The translations under genes were made by a program, and so were the position numbers. A stretch of 64,000 nt of DNA from Salpingoeca rosetta (Eukaryota; Protista; Choanoflagellata): the NCBI GenBank assembly GCA_033442325.1, contig JAWQFM010000021.1, positions 138,290 to 202,289 of the forward strand, given 5' to 3'. Position 1 is the first letter of the stretch; each line of letters opens with the position of its first letter. Of the stretch, positions 34,910 through 60,759 are shown piece after piece. The notes beneath the pieces were generated by a model. It was given only the letters and a program-made list of their open reading frames with translations. It ran no database searches and was not told where the DNA came from.

Positions 34910-35280
34910 CCTCTCGCAGCGTGTGGAACTGTGCCTGGCGTGGAGGGGAGGAGGGGAAGGAGGGGGGAGGAAGGGAGGAGGAGGGGGTGGAACAGCAACA
35001 GCAACAGCAACAACAACAACCACAACAAGGTTCAACCAATCTCTTCTTCTTCTTGCTTGTTCTTCTCTTTCGCTCAGCAACAAGGCTCGATAATTGACGC
35101 CCACATTGATGAATATTCCACAATCCAAACAAGCCGGCCGCGCAAAGTTCAAACGTGTGTGTGTGTGTGCTGTGTGAGCTGTGAGCTGTGTGAGCTGTGT
35201 GTGCTGTGTGTGCTGTGTGTGCTGTGTGTGCTGTGTGCGCTCTGTGTGTGTGTGTGTGTCTGTCTGTCTGTCTGTCTGTA

Positions 35281-35330
35281 CCATCCAAGCCATCCAAGCC
35301 TATCCAAGCTTATCCAAGCTTATCCAAGCC
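35281..35330. repeat. Short tandem repeat (tatccaagc/ccaagc) upstream of the PTP gene
   Basis: About five imperfect copies. Confidence 0.7.
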
Positions 35331-35591
35331 CACGAAGACATCACACTTAGCACACTTGTCCTTCCTCAAGTCCTCAAGTGTCGCAGCCTTCAAGCTTTCA
35401 GAGCGTTCATCCCTTTCGTGCTTTACTTGTTCCCTTTCCGACCACAGAAGCAAGCACACGAGCACAACAGCATGACACAAGAACACGTCCCGATTCGTTG
35501 TCACTCTTCATCACGAAAGCAAAACCTCCATCCCACGCCCGAGCACCCCGGTTTCAGTTTCAGTGGATCCTTCTGCTTCACCTTCCTCAAC

Positions 35592-36754
35592 TCACTCACA
35601 CTCTGCCTTGCCTTTTGCCCAGTGGAGATCGACGCAGATTCCAAAGTGGTCGCTGACAAGCCCAACGAGCACATCTGGAGACTTGTGCGTGCCGATGAGT
35701 CGGAAGTCGCTTGCCGTAAGCCCCTTGACGAAGCAGCGGTCAAACCTGGCGCGAGGGCGGCCACCCCAGGACGTCGTGTCAACGCGGTCGTTGAGAAGCG
35801 TGTCCCACGTGAACCGGTACTGTCGTGGGCTGCCGCTCAGCTCCCACGCGTCCTGAACAATGCTGCGTGAGCCAGGCAACATCTGCTTGTTGAAGGCGCT
35901 GCAGCCGTCGTCCCCTTCCTCGTCGCGCAGATTTGTGTCGCCAGCCAACACGCTGTGCTCATGCTGTGACATCTCCACCAGCGATTCTGCAAACTGCTCG
36001 CATCGGGCCTCCGAGGCTGTGCCCATGCTCTCAAAGTGGACGTTGCCAACCCACACCTTGTTGCCGGTCGCTGTGCAACGCAAGATGCACGTGTTGAGGT
36101 CGCGACCCCGCTGGCTACTCTGAAAGGGCATGCGCTCTTGGGCCAGGAGCTCGAACCGGGACTCCCGCATAAACGTGGCAGTGAAGTGCTCAGGCACGCA
36201 GTGCTTGGGCGACAGGGTTGCGAGCGGGGGCGCATCACAGGGCACGAAGCCAATCTCCTCCATCAGGGTGTGGAGCAACTGCAGGTTCTGCCGTTCAGCC
36301 TCTTGGAGCAGCACCACGTCCGCGTCCAGGCCGGAGAGCTCCTCTTGCATCTTCGCCAGCCGTCCGGGTAGGAGCTCATCATGCGGTGTGAACCCGTTGA
36401 TGTTCCATGACACAAGCCGCAGGAAGTCCCGCTGCACGGGCCTTGTTTCTGTTGCAGGCGAAGGAGAGGGTGGGATGGTCCAGAACAGGCGCGCAGGCTG
36501 AGCAAACGCAAAGCGGAGCAACTTCAGCCAGCCGACAGCTGCAGCAGCTGAGCTCGGGTTTCCTGGTCCCTGTGCTTGTGGGCGACGGTCTTTGATGCGG
36601 CACGACTTCTGCTGCTGCTGCTGAGCAGGGGCTGCAAAGGACGGCAACAAAGAAGCGGGTGTGAGGGTGCGCAGGGGCACCAAGCGCTGCACCGCGGCAT
36701 CTGCGCTAGGCTTCGTGTGAGCTGCACGAGCAAAGGTTTGATCGACACCATCAT
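35592..36754 (-). CDS. TDP2: TDP2-like 5'-tyrosyl-DNA phosphodiesterase (EEP superfamily), copy A; start uncertain
   Basis: Motifs LVSWNING, VLLQE, GRDL, GNVHFES, LAGDTNLRD, DAWELSG, FTWDTLLN, RARFDRCF and SDHFGI. The catalytic domain is uninterrupted. Confidence 0.8.
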
Positions 36755-37039
36755 GCGATCGTGATTGGGGACTTGCTTGTGCGTGCGTGCGTGCGTGCGT
36801 GTGCGTGCGTGCGTGCGTGTGTGTGTGTGTGTGTCCTTGTGTCTGTCTAGTTATGCGCTTGGGATATGAGTGACACTGTGATGAGTGAGTGAGAAGCAGT
36901 ATCTGCTGGTGTGTTGTTGTTGTGAAAATGAGCCATGTCGCTGCTGCTGCTGGAGTTTGTGCAGTGCATGCCATGATGAACAATCAGCTATACTTCACCT
37001 GTGTACCTCGAACAATGCCCAGCTGTTAAGGCGTGTGAG

Positions 37040-37113
<74 letters not shown>

Positions 37114-37275
37114 TGTTCGTTGACTGATCTACTGATGTGATGTGTGTCTTTTTCCCATTGTTCTGACGTCATCATCGCATTGATGGACCTAAACGCGTTT
37201 AGTTTCAAGCAGCAGCAGCCTGCAATGTCAACCTGTAAAAGCAAAAAAAGCAAGCAAAGCAAACAAGTCGAAGCC

Positions 37276-38364
37276 TTAGGCAGCAAAAACAGCGCCCTCT
37301 TGCTCTTCCTCCCCTTGTTCCTCCTCGTCGTTGTCGCTCGGTAGCTGCAAATGGGTGCAGATGCCAAAGTGGTCGCTGAAGTGGCCAAAGTGGGTGAGGG
37401 CACGCGTGCCGACGAGCTCAAACGACCGTGCTCGCAGGCCCTTGACATAGCAGCGATCGAAGCGGATGCGCGGGTTGTTGGGAAAGTGGCTCCAGCTCGT
37501 GTTCAGTTGCAGATCCCAGGTGAACTCTTGCTCCTTCGGGCTGCCAACCATCTCCCACGCATCACCAATGCTGGTGTACGGCGCCGCGCCACGACACTGC
37601 TGCAAGACTCGCTGGGCCTCCGCCTCGCGCAGGTTCATGTCGCCTGCGAGGATACCCAGGTCATGCCGGCTCAGTGCCTGCAGGGACTGCAGAAACTGCA
37701 GGCAGCGGCGCCCGGCATACTTCCGGTACGTCTCCAAGTGCACGTTTCCAAGCCACACTTCTTTGCCCGTACGCTTGCACCGCACCGTGCACGTGTTCAG
37801 GTCTCGCGCCTTGCGGCTATTGGTGAACGGCGCTCGCTTGTGCGCCACGAGCTGAAGTCGCTTCTTGCGGACAAATGTCAGCGTGAAGTGGGGCGGAACT
37901 GAAGGCGCGATGCTGTCCCCGCTGTAGACAAGCGGCACGCCTCCGCACCGGCTGAAGCCGGCATCCTGCATCACCTTCACAAGGTCGGCAAGCTGGCGCT
38001 CCACCACCTCCTGCAGCATCACCACGTCAGAGCGCAGCGTCGTCACCTGGCCCTGCAAGGTGTCGTAGTCCTTTGGCAGCCGTTGGCGAGACTTGGACGG
38101 GGCGTTGATGTTCCAAGACAACACGCGCAGCTCATGGTCTTGGTGGTCCGGGTGTCTCTGATTGGTTGCTGAAAGATGCGGCCTTTCTGTCTGTGGCCCG
38201 TTGTTTGCGAATTGCTCTAATTGCTTGTTCCCTGCTTGCCCAGGGCTGCTGCGGTTGGTGCTTGGGGGCGCAGTCGTCACCACACCACGGCGGCTGTACT
38301 GCACAATGCATCCAAACGTCGAGCCAACGGCGGGGCGCGTCAACGTCAAGGTATACATGTACAT
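37276..38364 (-). CDS. TDP2-like EEP phosphodiesterase, copy B (tandem paralog); start uncertain
   Basis: Motifs VLSWNINA, VMLQEV, ARDLN, GNVHLET, LAGDMNLRE, DAWEMVG, FTWDLQLN, RIRFDRCY and SDHFGI, colinear with copy A. Confidence 0.8.
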   Translation of the reverse strand: MYMYTLTLTRPAVGSTFGCIVQYSRRGVVTTAPPSTNRSSPGQAGNKQLEQFANNGPQTERPHLSATNQRHPDHQDHELRVLSWNINAPSKSRQRLPKDYDTLQGQVTTLRSDVVMLQEVVERQLADLVKVMQDAGFSRCGGVPLVYSGDSIAPSVPPHFTLTFVRKKRLQLVAHKRAPFTNSRKARDLNTCTVRCKRTGKEVWLGNVHLETYRKYAGRRCLQFLQSLQALSRHDLGILAGDMNLREAEAQRVLQQCRGAAPYTSIGDAWEMVGSPKEQEFTWDLQLNTSWSHFPNNPRIRFDRCYVKGLRARSFELVGTRALTHFGHFSDHFGICTHLQLPSDNDEEEQGEEEQEGAVFAA

Positions 38365-39184
38365 CGGGGCAACAAATAGTGTTCCGAAAGGAAGGTGGTG
38401 GATCGTGGCGCCACAGTTGTCAGTTGCTGTGAGAGCACGGAGCAGAGATTGTGTTCTGGAATGGTATGGACTGGGATCGGTGTGCTGGCATGCTTTGAGT
38501 AGTGTCGACAATGGGCAGGTTGTTGCTGGCTCTCTCGGGTGCTGCGTGTCGACACAATCATAGTTGTACTGATTGAGACCTTGATTACGCTGCATGTGAG
38601 CAGGTGGCGTGTAGCAGCATGTACAGGTGACGCGCAGCCCTCGTCCCGGCGCGTGCACAAGCACTGCATCGAATCTAGGAATCAAACCTTCAAACATTCC
38701 ATAGTCCACGTCATACCACACAGAAGCAGATCGATGCGATTGAGTGTTTGTTCCCTCAACGGCTCGCACAGAACAAAGGAAACAAGCTCGGTGTTAATGT
38801 AACATCAACCAGCATACGACCACGTGGCCACATCCCGTCAATTCACAGTCGTGCAAAAAAAGGAGAAGAAGGGGAGCAGGTACCACGCAAGCATCGCGGA
38901 GATCATGCAAGGCGCATGGCGTGGCCAAAGGGGATCCAGATTCAAGTGATATGACAGTGCCCACTTGTTCACTTCTTTGCATACTGTCGCAAACAGATTG
39001 CACGGTCGATTCCAGCAAACGCGCGCGCGCACACACACACACACACTGTTGTGAGAAGCGTCATGTCGTGTCTTTATTCTCCCTTTCCCATGGGCAAGCA
39101 AGGCAAGGCAAGGTGATGGTGCAAGCAGTCCCAGTGTAACAAGTTTGCAAATAACAGGGAGAAACGAAGAAGCTAGCTGGCTAG

Positions 39185-42697
<3,513 letters not shown>

Positions 42698-42757
42698 TGT
42701 TTTCGCTGCGTGTGTTTGTGTGTGTGTTTTTGTATGTTCGTGTACGTTCGTGCAGGT

Positions 42758-42828
<71 letters not shown>

Positions 42829-43050
42829 CGTACGTGTATGTGTTCGTGTGTTCGTGTGTTGATTGTTGTTGAAGTAAGGAAACAATGCTGACTGGCTGGC
42901 TGCAGTGGTGTGGTGTTGATGCTGTCTGTGGTCGTGGTGGCAGTGATGACAAGCGTCTTCTGCTGGTGGGTGATTTGTGAATATTTTCATGTAAATTTCT
43001 ACAATCATCAGCATCAGCGTCACAGTGCAGCTCCACCCACTTCTCAAACA

Positions 43051-43177
<127 letters not shown>

Positions 43178-43355
43178 GACACCCCACCAGCCAGCTTCAC
43201 CTCCGCACGGCACACACCACCATCACGTCGTGCAGACTGTTCTCTCCTTCCACCACACTGTTTGTTCATTTATTTCACAAGAAGCAAGCGCACGCGAAAC
43301 CAAGGAACGCAGCCAACACAAGCAAGGCGAGCAGATAACAACGACGACCACAACG

Positions 43356-45115
43356 ATGACAGCGCTGCTGCACCGGCTGCTGGTGGCGGCCGTCGTGGTG
43401 GCGGCGGCGTGCTGCGTCCATGTCAGCCATGCCCAAGAAGACCCAGAGTACCAGATCGTGTGCGTGGCTGACCCAAACAGCGGCTGCGCAAACTTGCAGT
43501 GCTACTCCATTCCAGTCGACGTGTGCGAGCGCTTGCCAGATGAACTGGCAACATCCGGTGGCCTGCCTCCGCCCCTGTACGCCAAGGTGTCTGCCTTGCC
43601 CAACACAAGCCCGCAGACATTTCGTTTCAGCCTCCACTCGAACGTCGACTGTACCCGCGGGATCCTCTTCGGCATCCCCGTGAACGTGGACGCACAGCTC
43701 AACGAGTGCACCACGGCCGTCATCCTGAGCAGGGACGCCTTTGATTTGCTGGTGGTTGATACGTGCCCCGTGGATACGTGCCCAGCTCTCGACGCCACCA
43801 CCACGACAACAACCACCACCACCACGACAACAACAACTACAACTACAACTACAACGACCACCACCACGACTACTACGACCGCCACCACGACCACAACCAC
43901 CACCACCACCGGCGTCGTGCGCACCACGTCCTCCACCTCCAGTCTGCCCCGGCCGTCATCAACATCGGTAACGACCACAAGCGAAGGCAGCGCTTTCACA
44001 ACTGCCACAGCCATCGCAGGCAGTACAACGGCAGTGAGTGACGGCAATAGCGACAACAACGACAGCGGTGATTCCGAGCGGGTGGTGGTGTGTGTGTTTG
44101 ATCCCAGCGTGGACGACTGCTCTGTGGATGACACCACCCAGTGCTGGACGTCAGACCTGAGTACGTGCCGAGAGCTGACAAGCCTGTTGCTGACCGCCTT
44201 TGGCATCGACACGGCCTACTCCCGACTCACCTTCTCCGCCCTCGCCCGCGAGTACAACATCGAACTGTACAGCGACGGCGAGTGCACAACACCGCTGTCA
44301 CCGTCCGTGTCGTCGTTTGCGGTCCGTTTTGAGGCGTGCACGCCCGCAGAGCTCCCGTTTATTGGCCGCATTGCCGATGTGCGCATCACCGCATCCTGCC
44401 CACAAGCACCGCCAGCGGTTGTTGACGGTGGCGATGGTGGTGACGGTGATGGTGGTGGTGGTGGCGAGGCGGAGGACCCGTGTCCGCTGCTACCGCTGTC
44501 GCCCTTTGTGACCACGACGACTGCCCCAACATCCGCACCCCCGCCAGCCCGTACTGTCGTGCTTGAGTTTGATCTGCCGGGCACGCTGCTGGACATCGGC
44601 CTGGCGGAGGGCAGCGACGTCGGTAATGGGGCGCCTGCCCTCCTCGACACTGTCAGGACTGCCGTCGAGGGCGAGTTGGAGCGCCGTGGCCTGAGCGCTG
44701 GCGTGGAACGCGTGCTCGTTTACCTCACTGGTGGCGATGGTGATGGTGGCGCAAGGAGGCGCCGGGAGGAAGGGGACGTTGCTGTGCGGGTTGATGTGGT
44801 GTACAGCGATGGCGATACAGCGAGGCAGGTAGCGAACAAGCTTGACAAGCGGCCGCTAGTGATTGCGGCTGGCAGCGCGACGAACCTGCAGTCGCGTGTG
44901 GTCGCGCATCCAGCAGACACCACATCACCTGCCTCCTCCTCGTCGTCGTCGTCATCATCAGCGGGTGCCATTGCTGGTGGGATCATCGGCGCAATTGTTA
45001 TCGTCGGCGCCATCGTCGCCACCGTTGTCTTTTGGCGGTCAGTCGACAGCTTGCGTTGCGTCGGTGTGCAGGAGGCAATTTGGCGTCTGTGTGCTTGAGC
45101 GTGTGTGTGTGCTTG

Positions 45116-45197
<82 letters not shown>

Positions 45198-45444
45198 CGC
45201 GCGTGTGTGTGTGCCATGCTTGTGAACGCGATGATTGTCATGAATGTTCCTTCCTTTCGATTCATTCCATCATCATAATCGTGCCTCACCTTGAACCCCC
45301 AACACAAATGCACACACACACACACACACACCTTGCCCACTCGTCAGCCGGCGCTCCACTGCCCCGCGTGTGACTACGGATCTGTTTGGGCCTACGGGCA
45401 CAACAGCAACAGGGTACACCCCGACTTACACCAGCTACGCGTGA
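43356..45444 (+). CDS. Type I membrane glycoprotein: signal peptide, two Cys-rich repeats, Thr-rich mucin stalk, SEA-like juxtamembrane region, TM helix, short Tyr-containing tail
   Basis: Signal peptide MTALLHRLLVAAVVVAAACCVHVSHA, poly-T tract, GARRRR furin-like site and TM AIAGGIIGAIVIVGAIVATVVFW. Intron ~45038-45347; tail RRRSTAPRVTTDLFGPTGTTATGYTPTYTSYA*. Confidence 0.8.
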
Positions 45445-46218
45445 GGGTGTGGGGGGTGGGGGCGTTTCATCGTCGGCATGTTGCGGCTGTGCGTAAATGC
45501 GTTTCATATGTGTTGGTTGGTGTTTGCGTTTGCATAATTGATTCCTTTGGCGCGCGTGTTTCAAACGCGCCCCGCTGGTGTAACATAAGCGGATTGTTCT
45601 GCTGGGATTGCGTGGTGTTGCTCTGCGCGTGTGCGTGCGTGTGCGTGTGCGTGTGCACTTCGTGTGCGCGTGTGCAACGACTGGGAAGCTGCTCGCAAAA
45701 GTTGCTCGAAGCCGCCGGCCACCAGTGACGTGTGTCTGTTATTAAACGACCCTTCCTCTGCTCGTTTTGTTTAATCGCTCGGAGCGGGTGTGATGAAGAA
45801 CTGAGAGGAGGAGGAGGAGAAGGCCAACAGTTGCTCGAAAATGCACCTCATCATTTCACAGACACAGAAACCAAGCCCACTCTCCATGGCATAAACACAA
45901 TAGCAGCACGCATTAACAGCACTTCCGCACACACACACGCACAACCCCACTGCACACAGCCGATTACCAGCTATGACTATCAACCATAGGCATAAAAACG
46001 GCAAAGGGGCAACAAGGTGAGGCGGTAACACGAGAGAGGGAAACTCGCACACTCCAACCACCCACAACTAAAAGAGAGTAAGAAAGCAAAGGACAGCAAA
46101 GGAATGAAAGACAAAAGACAACCACGAAAAAACCAAGCAAACCTCACACAAACGCATTATCATCATCATCATCATCATTGTCATCGTCAACACATCATCA
46201 CAACCAGTGCACAAGAGT

Positions 46219-55643
<9,425 letters not shown>

Positions 55644-56674
55644 GGTGCTTGGTCGAAAGACAACAGCAGCACTTCCCGTTCTCCGCGTTTCAGTTCCCGC
55701 CCACACAAGCACTACACTCTGCAAATTGAACACAGTGATGAAGACGTGACGTGAGACTCTCTCTCTCTCTCTCTCTCTCGCACCGCTTACTCAGCACCAG
55801 GGGAACAAGGCAGCCCCCCCCCCCACAAAGCAGAACATTGGAGAGAGCAGAGCAGACCACAACAAGGCACGCACGTCAGCAGCCAGCACTGGCCACCACC
55901 AGGGAACCGCACACTCCTCCACACACACCTCCTGTTTTGCCTCGCTGTCTTTCCCACCGCTGCCAAGCTGAGCTGTGGTGCTACGCTTTATGATGTCTTC
56001 TGATTTGTTGACTGATGGCTGCAGGCGATTATCGGAAGATTTCAAACAATCGTCGCTGACGGGCAGTTGTGGCGGGAACAAGCACGTCCCAGCAGCAGAA
56101 AACAAACAACACAAACACTGCACTGCTTGCACTGCACTGCACTGCTGACGGTCCATCATCCTTCCGCGACTTTGCTGTTTTGCATCGGGTGTTGCGAACA
56201 AAAGTGCCACCACCAAGGAGCCCGCGTCGGACCTGACAAGGTGTGTTGTGTTGGCAAGCGCGTGGAGGGATGTGACATGGAGTGATGTGTGATGACATGG
56301 TGCTGGAGAGGGATTGTGTGAGGGGGGAGATGACAAATGGGTTTGGCGGTTATGGCGCGGTTCTGATTTGTGTGCATGTGTTTGCGTGTGTGTGTGTGCG
56401 TGTGTGCGTGTGTGCGTGTGTGTGTGCGTGTGTGTGTAAACTTATGGGTGGATGTGGCGCCAAGGTGCCTTTTGCAAGCACGCATGCATGACTTGGAGCT
56501 ACCGTGGTGATCAACAAGCTCGCGCACACGTGATCGTGTGGCTGTTGTTTGTGCCGTGAAAGCGCGAGCATTCACCTCGTGCACGCAAACCAGGTCTTTG
56601 TGTTTTGGCGCGCTTTTGCCCGAAGTGCTTCATATCTCGCCGGTGTCTCCTCTTCCTCGTCTTGTGTCGTCGCC

Positions 56675-58406
56675 ATGGCGGATGAACAAGAGCACCAAGC
56701 AAAGCGCCCACGCCTGGAACAGGAAGATGAGCCTGGTGAGGCACAAAGCGCTTGCATTGGTGTGCCGCATGTGGTGACTTCCTGTGTGATTTGCGTGGTT
56801 GTGTGCGTGTGCGTGTGCGGTGCGTGACATTGTTGCTGCGTACACTGTGCACTCGCTCACCTGCAACACCCCTGCTACTGCACAGGCGCTGTAGATGTGG
56901 CTGCTTCAGCAACAGCCACCACCGCCACCACCACCGCCACGACGGAAACGGTGGTGAGCCAGGAAGCAGCCACTGCGGCCACCACAGTTGCGGAGACGAC
57001 AACAGCGCAAGTTTCCACAACCACCACCACCACCACCACAGAAGTCGCTGCAACAGCCCCTGCCGAGCCTGCCACAACAGCAACAACGACGACGACGGTG
57101 GCGGGTGCACCAGCAACGCAGGCCCCGCCAGTGCAGGAGCAGCCAACTGCTTCCACGGCCGCTGCACCGGAAGCGATGGCCAGCAGGGATGCAGCCCCGG
57201 CAAACAAGCCGCCCACAACTGAGGCAGCGCCTGGCTCCACAAACGGCAATGGAGCTGCCCCTGTCGTTGCGCAGGTACCAGCGGCAACGCAGAATCAAGA
57301 ACCTTCACCGCCACTGCCACCACCGGCGCAAGCAGAGCAAGCCAAGGTGCCCGACGCTGCATCCACAACCAGGGCTGCTCCTGCTGGCCAAGAAGCGCCT
57401 GTTGACGCGAATGTAACGGCACCAACGAATGTTACGGCACCAACGAATGTTACGGCACCAGCGCCCACAAAGCAGCAGCAGCAGCAGCAGCAGCCACAGG
57501 AACAGCCACTGGCTCATGCAGCCCCACCAGCTCCTCCCACCACAGCGAGCGGCGCTGAGAGTGCAGCAGCAGCACCACCACCACCACCACTGCCATCATC
57601 GTCAGCACCACCAGCACCAACATCAGCACCGACAGAGACAGCGGCGGACGTGAAGAAGGAGGAAGTGGAGGATGTCAGTGCGCAGCTGGAGGGCATCCAT
57701 CCCGACCGCCTCAAGGCCATCCTGGGCCAAGAAGGCGGCAGTGGCGGCAGCGCCGCCCGTGGTCGCGGTCGTGGTCGCGGTCGTGGTGGTGCAATGGGCG
57801 CACGTGAGTGGCGCAGGCCGTTTTGTCTGCTGTTATGATTACAAGTTGGTGTGCAGTGTATTGTGCCGATGGGTGACCCAGCTCTTGCGTGCGCTTGCCG
57901 AGCACGATGTGATGTCACTGCTTGCGTACACGCGCTGGTTGTTGTAGGTGCTGCTGTAATGCGTGGATTTCCATGCTGCTTGTGCCGTTTCGGCATGCGT
58001 GTACTTCTGCCACGGCTACAGCCATACTCACGCAAGCACACACACACACACACTCACACACTCACTCACTCACTCACTCACTCACACACACACACACTCA
58101 CACACACACACACGCGCACGCACCCTCTTTCTGACCTTCTGTCCAGCCGCCTCTGCGCCCCGCGGAGGCGATGACCACAAGAGCGACCAGATTCCACAGC
58201 GGAAAGGGAAGCCCATGCGCGATCCAGAGCCGATCAACTTGCCAGACACGTGGGCCAAGTTCAGCCCAACACACAAGCACCTTCATGCTTTCATCGGCAA
58301 CCACGAATCTTCTAAAGGTGCGAAGCGCGCAAGAGAAGTGTATGTGATGATGGTGATGGTGTTGTTTAAGTTGTTGTTGTTTAAGTTGTTGTTGTTGTTG
58401 TTTAAG

Positions 58407-58446
<40 letters not shown>

Positions 58447-58531
58447 AGTTGTTGTTGTTTAAGTTGTTGTTGTTGTTTAAGTTGTTGTTGTTTAAGTTGT
58501 TGTTGTTGTTGTTTAAGTTGTTGTTGTTTAA

Positions 58532-58563
<32 letters not shown>

Positions 58564-58583
58564 AGTTGTTGTTGTTGTTTAAG

Positions 58584-58639
<56 letters not shown>

Positions 58640-58643
58640 GAAG

Positions 58644-58731
<88 letters not shown>

Positions 58732-60718
58732 AGTTGTTGTTGTTCCCCTTCTCCTCCTTTGTCTGCAATCCTCGTTCTTCTTCAACGACAAGCATTTCCC
58801 AGAGTCTTTCCCTCCCTTTCCTTTCCCATTCCTGCGTTGCTTCGTGGCGCACCTCTCATCTGCCACACTGCTCCCTGCCCTGCCTTTGCATCCCTGTCGC
58901 TTTTGTTGTGTGTTTTTGTTTGATGTTGCTCCTTGCGTTTGCAGGCAAGTTTGTGGAGCCCATCCCTGGCCGCGGATTCCGCTGGCTGTGGACCGGGGCC
59001 CGCCTCTCCCTGGGCATCTTTGGTGGCGGTACGCGTTACCACTACAAGACGCTTGTCAAAGACCTGCCTGCAAACTCCGTCAAGGCTGGCCCTGTGGACG
59101 TGCGCGTGGGCCTCAGCTTCGAGCGCGCAAACCTCCTTGTTGGTATGTCGTTTACAACCGGACAGGGGGGGGGGGTGTCTTTGTGCTTGGTGTGCTGCTG
59201 CTACCGCGCTCTTTACAGGCTCGTGCAGACGTCGTGTATTGTGCATTCTCAAATCGTGTACAGCACAACCATGTGCACGTGTTGCAACAACCGCAAGGGT
59301 TTGCTGAGCTGCTCCACACTCGCTTGCTCGTCGTCCACTCACCACCTATCATTTGTTCAGGCGACGACACCTTTGGCTGGGCATACTGCAGCAGCGGCTC
59401 GAAGGTGACGTCCACGACCACTGCAATCATCAGCATTGCACTCCACACACTCTGCGTCACCTGCCTGCGTTTTCTGCCCTGCCCACATATTTCGCGTGGC
59501 CTGCTTGCACGCATTTTTGTACGTGTATTTGTGATGGCTCCTCTTCCCTGTGTCCGCATCCCTTCCTTCCCTCCTGCATCCATTAATCCATCCATCCATC
59601 CATCCATCCATTGCTCTCATTCGCGTGCTGCTCATCCTGCCCACCTCGCTCGTGTATTGTTTTTCAAAACACAAACGCATTGTTTTGGTTCGTGTGCTGT
59701 GGCCGCTGACTTGTAGATTCACAATGGAGAGCGAGTCAAGTACGGGACGCCGTACCATACCAACGACGAGATTGAGTGTCGCCTGGATGTGGTGACGACC
59801 ACGTGCCCGCTCGTGCCCAGCGTCAACCGCGAGGGCCAGCCGCCACTCCTCGTCATCTCCTTTTACAAGAACGGCGACTTTCAAGGGGTGGCGTACCAGC
59901 TTGACGCCAGCACCGTGCCCGCAGCCGTCTTTGGGCACGTTGCCCTGCGCAACTGTCGCGTGCTCGTACAGGGCCATCCCGAACGGTCGATGCGCACACC
60001 CGCGCCCTCACGTTCCAATCCCAGGCCATCAACGAAGTCAACCACCCAGACCCGTCTGTCGGCTTCCTCGTTGGCCTGCCCGGCTCAGGCAAGACGGAGT
60101 GGCTGAGCAGCTTTCTCCAGGCACAGCAGAGCACCGGCACAGACAACGTACGGGCGCTGTGTGCTGTTGTTTAAGTTGTTGTTGTTGTTTAATTTGTTGT
60201 TTAAGTTGTTGTTTAAGTTGTTGTTTAAGTTGTTGTTTAAGTTGTTGTTGTTATTGTTTAAGTTGTTGTTGTTGAAGTTGTTTAAGTTGCGCTTGCATCG
60301 CTCACGTCGCACCTCTTGCCTCAATCTGTACGCCCGTGCCTTTGCTTGCTTGATAGTTTTACGTGTTGAGCACAGAGGCCATCATCCAAGAGCTTGCCCA
60401 CAATGACCCAGACTTGCCCGAGTACAACTACCGCGAGTCCTGGCTTCGCTACTGCCGCACCTCCAGCGCCATGTTCAGGTCGGTCTTGCCAACAATGTCA
60501 GACTGGCCAATGCGCTGGTGCAATCACTTTTCAATCCTGTGCTAAATGGCACCCACGCGTGATTGAAACAAACCCTCCTCTGTTCCCACCGCAGCGATGA
60601 ATGCGCTTTTGTGTTTTGTTTTTGTTTTGTTCTTCGGGCAACCAACCTACCCAGACTGCAGCTTGGACACGCCATTGTTCTCCTTTCATTGGTTCAGCAA
60701 CTCACTCGCTCCCTTCAT

Positions 60719-60759
<41 letters not shown>

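Noticed and set aside
38365-38769. 135-aa N-terminal extension of the TDP2-B ORF
   Set aside because: It has no recognisable motif and its composition is unlike the exons. It is probably open by chance in 5' UTR or intergenic sequence.
58361-58743. Interstitial telomere interpretation of the TTTAAG/TTG repeats
   Set aside because: There are no TTAGGG-type G-triplet units, and the period is irregular.
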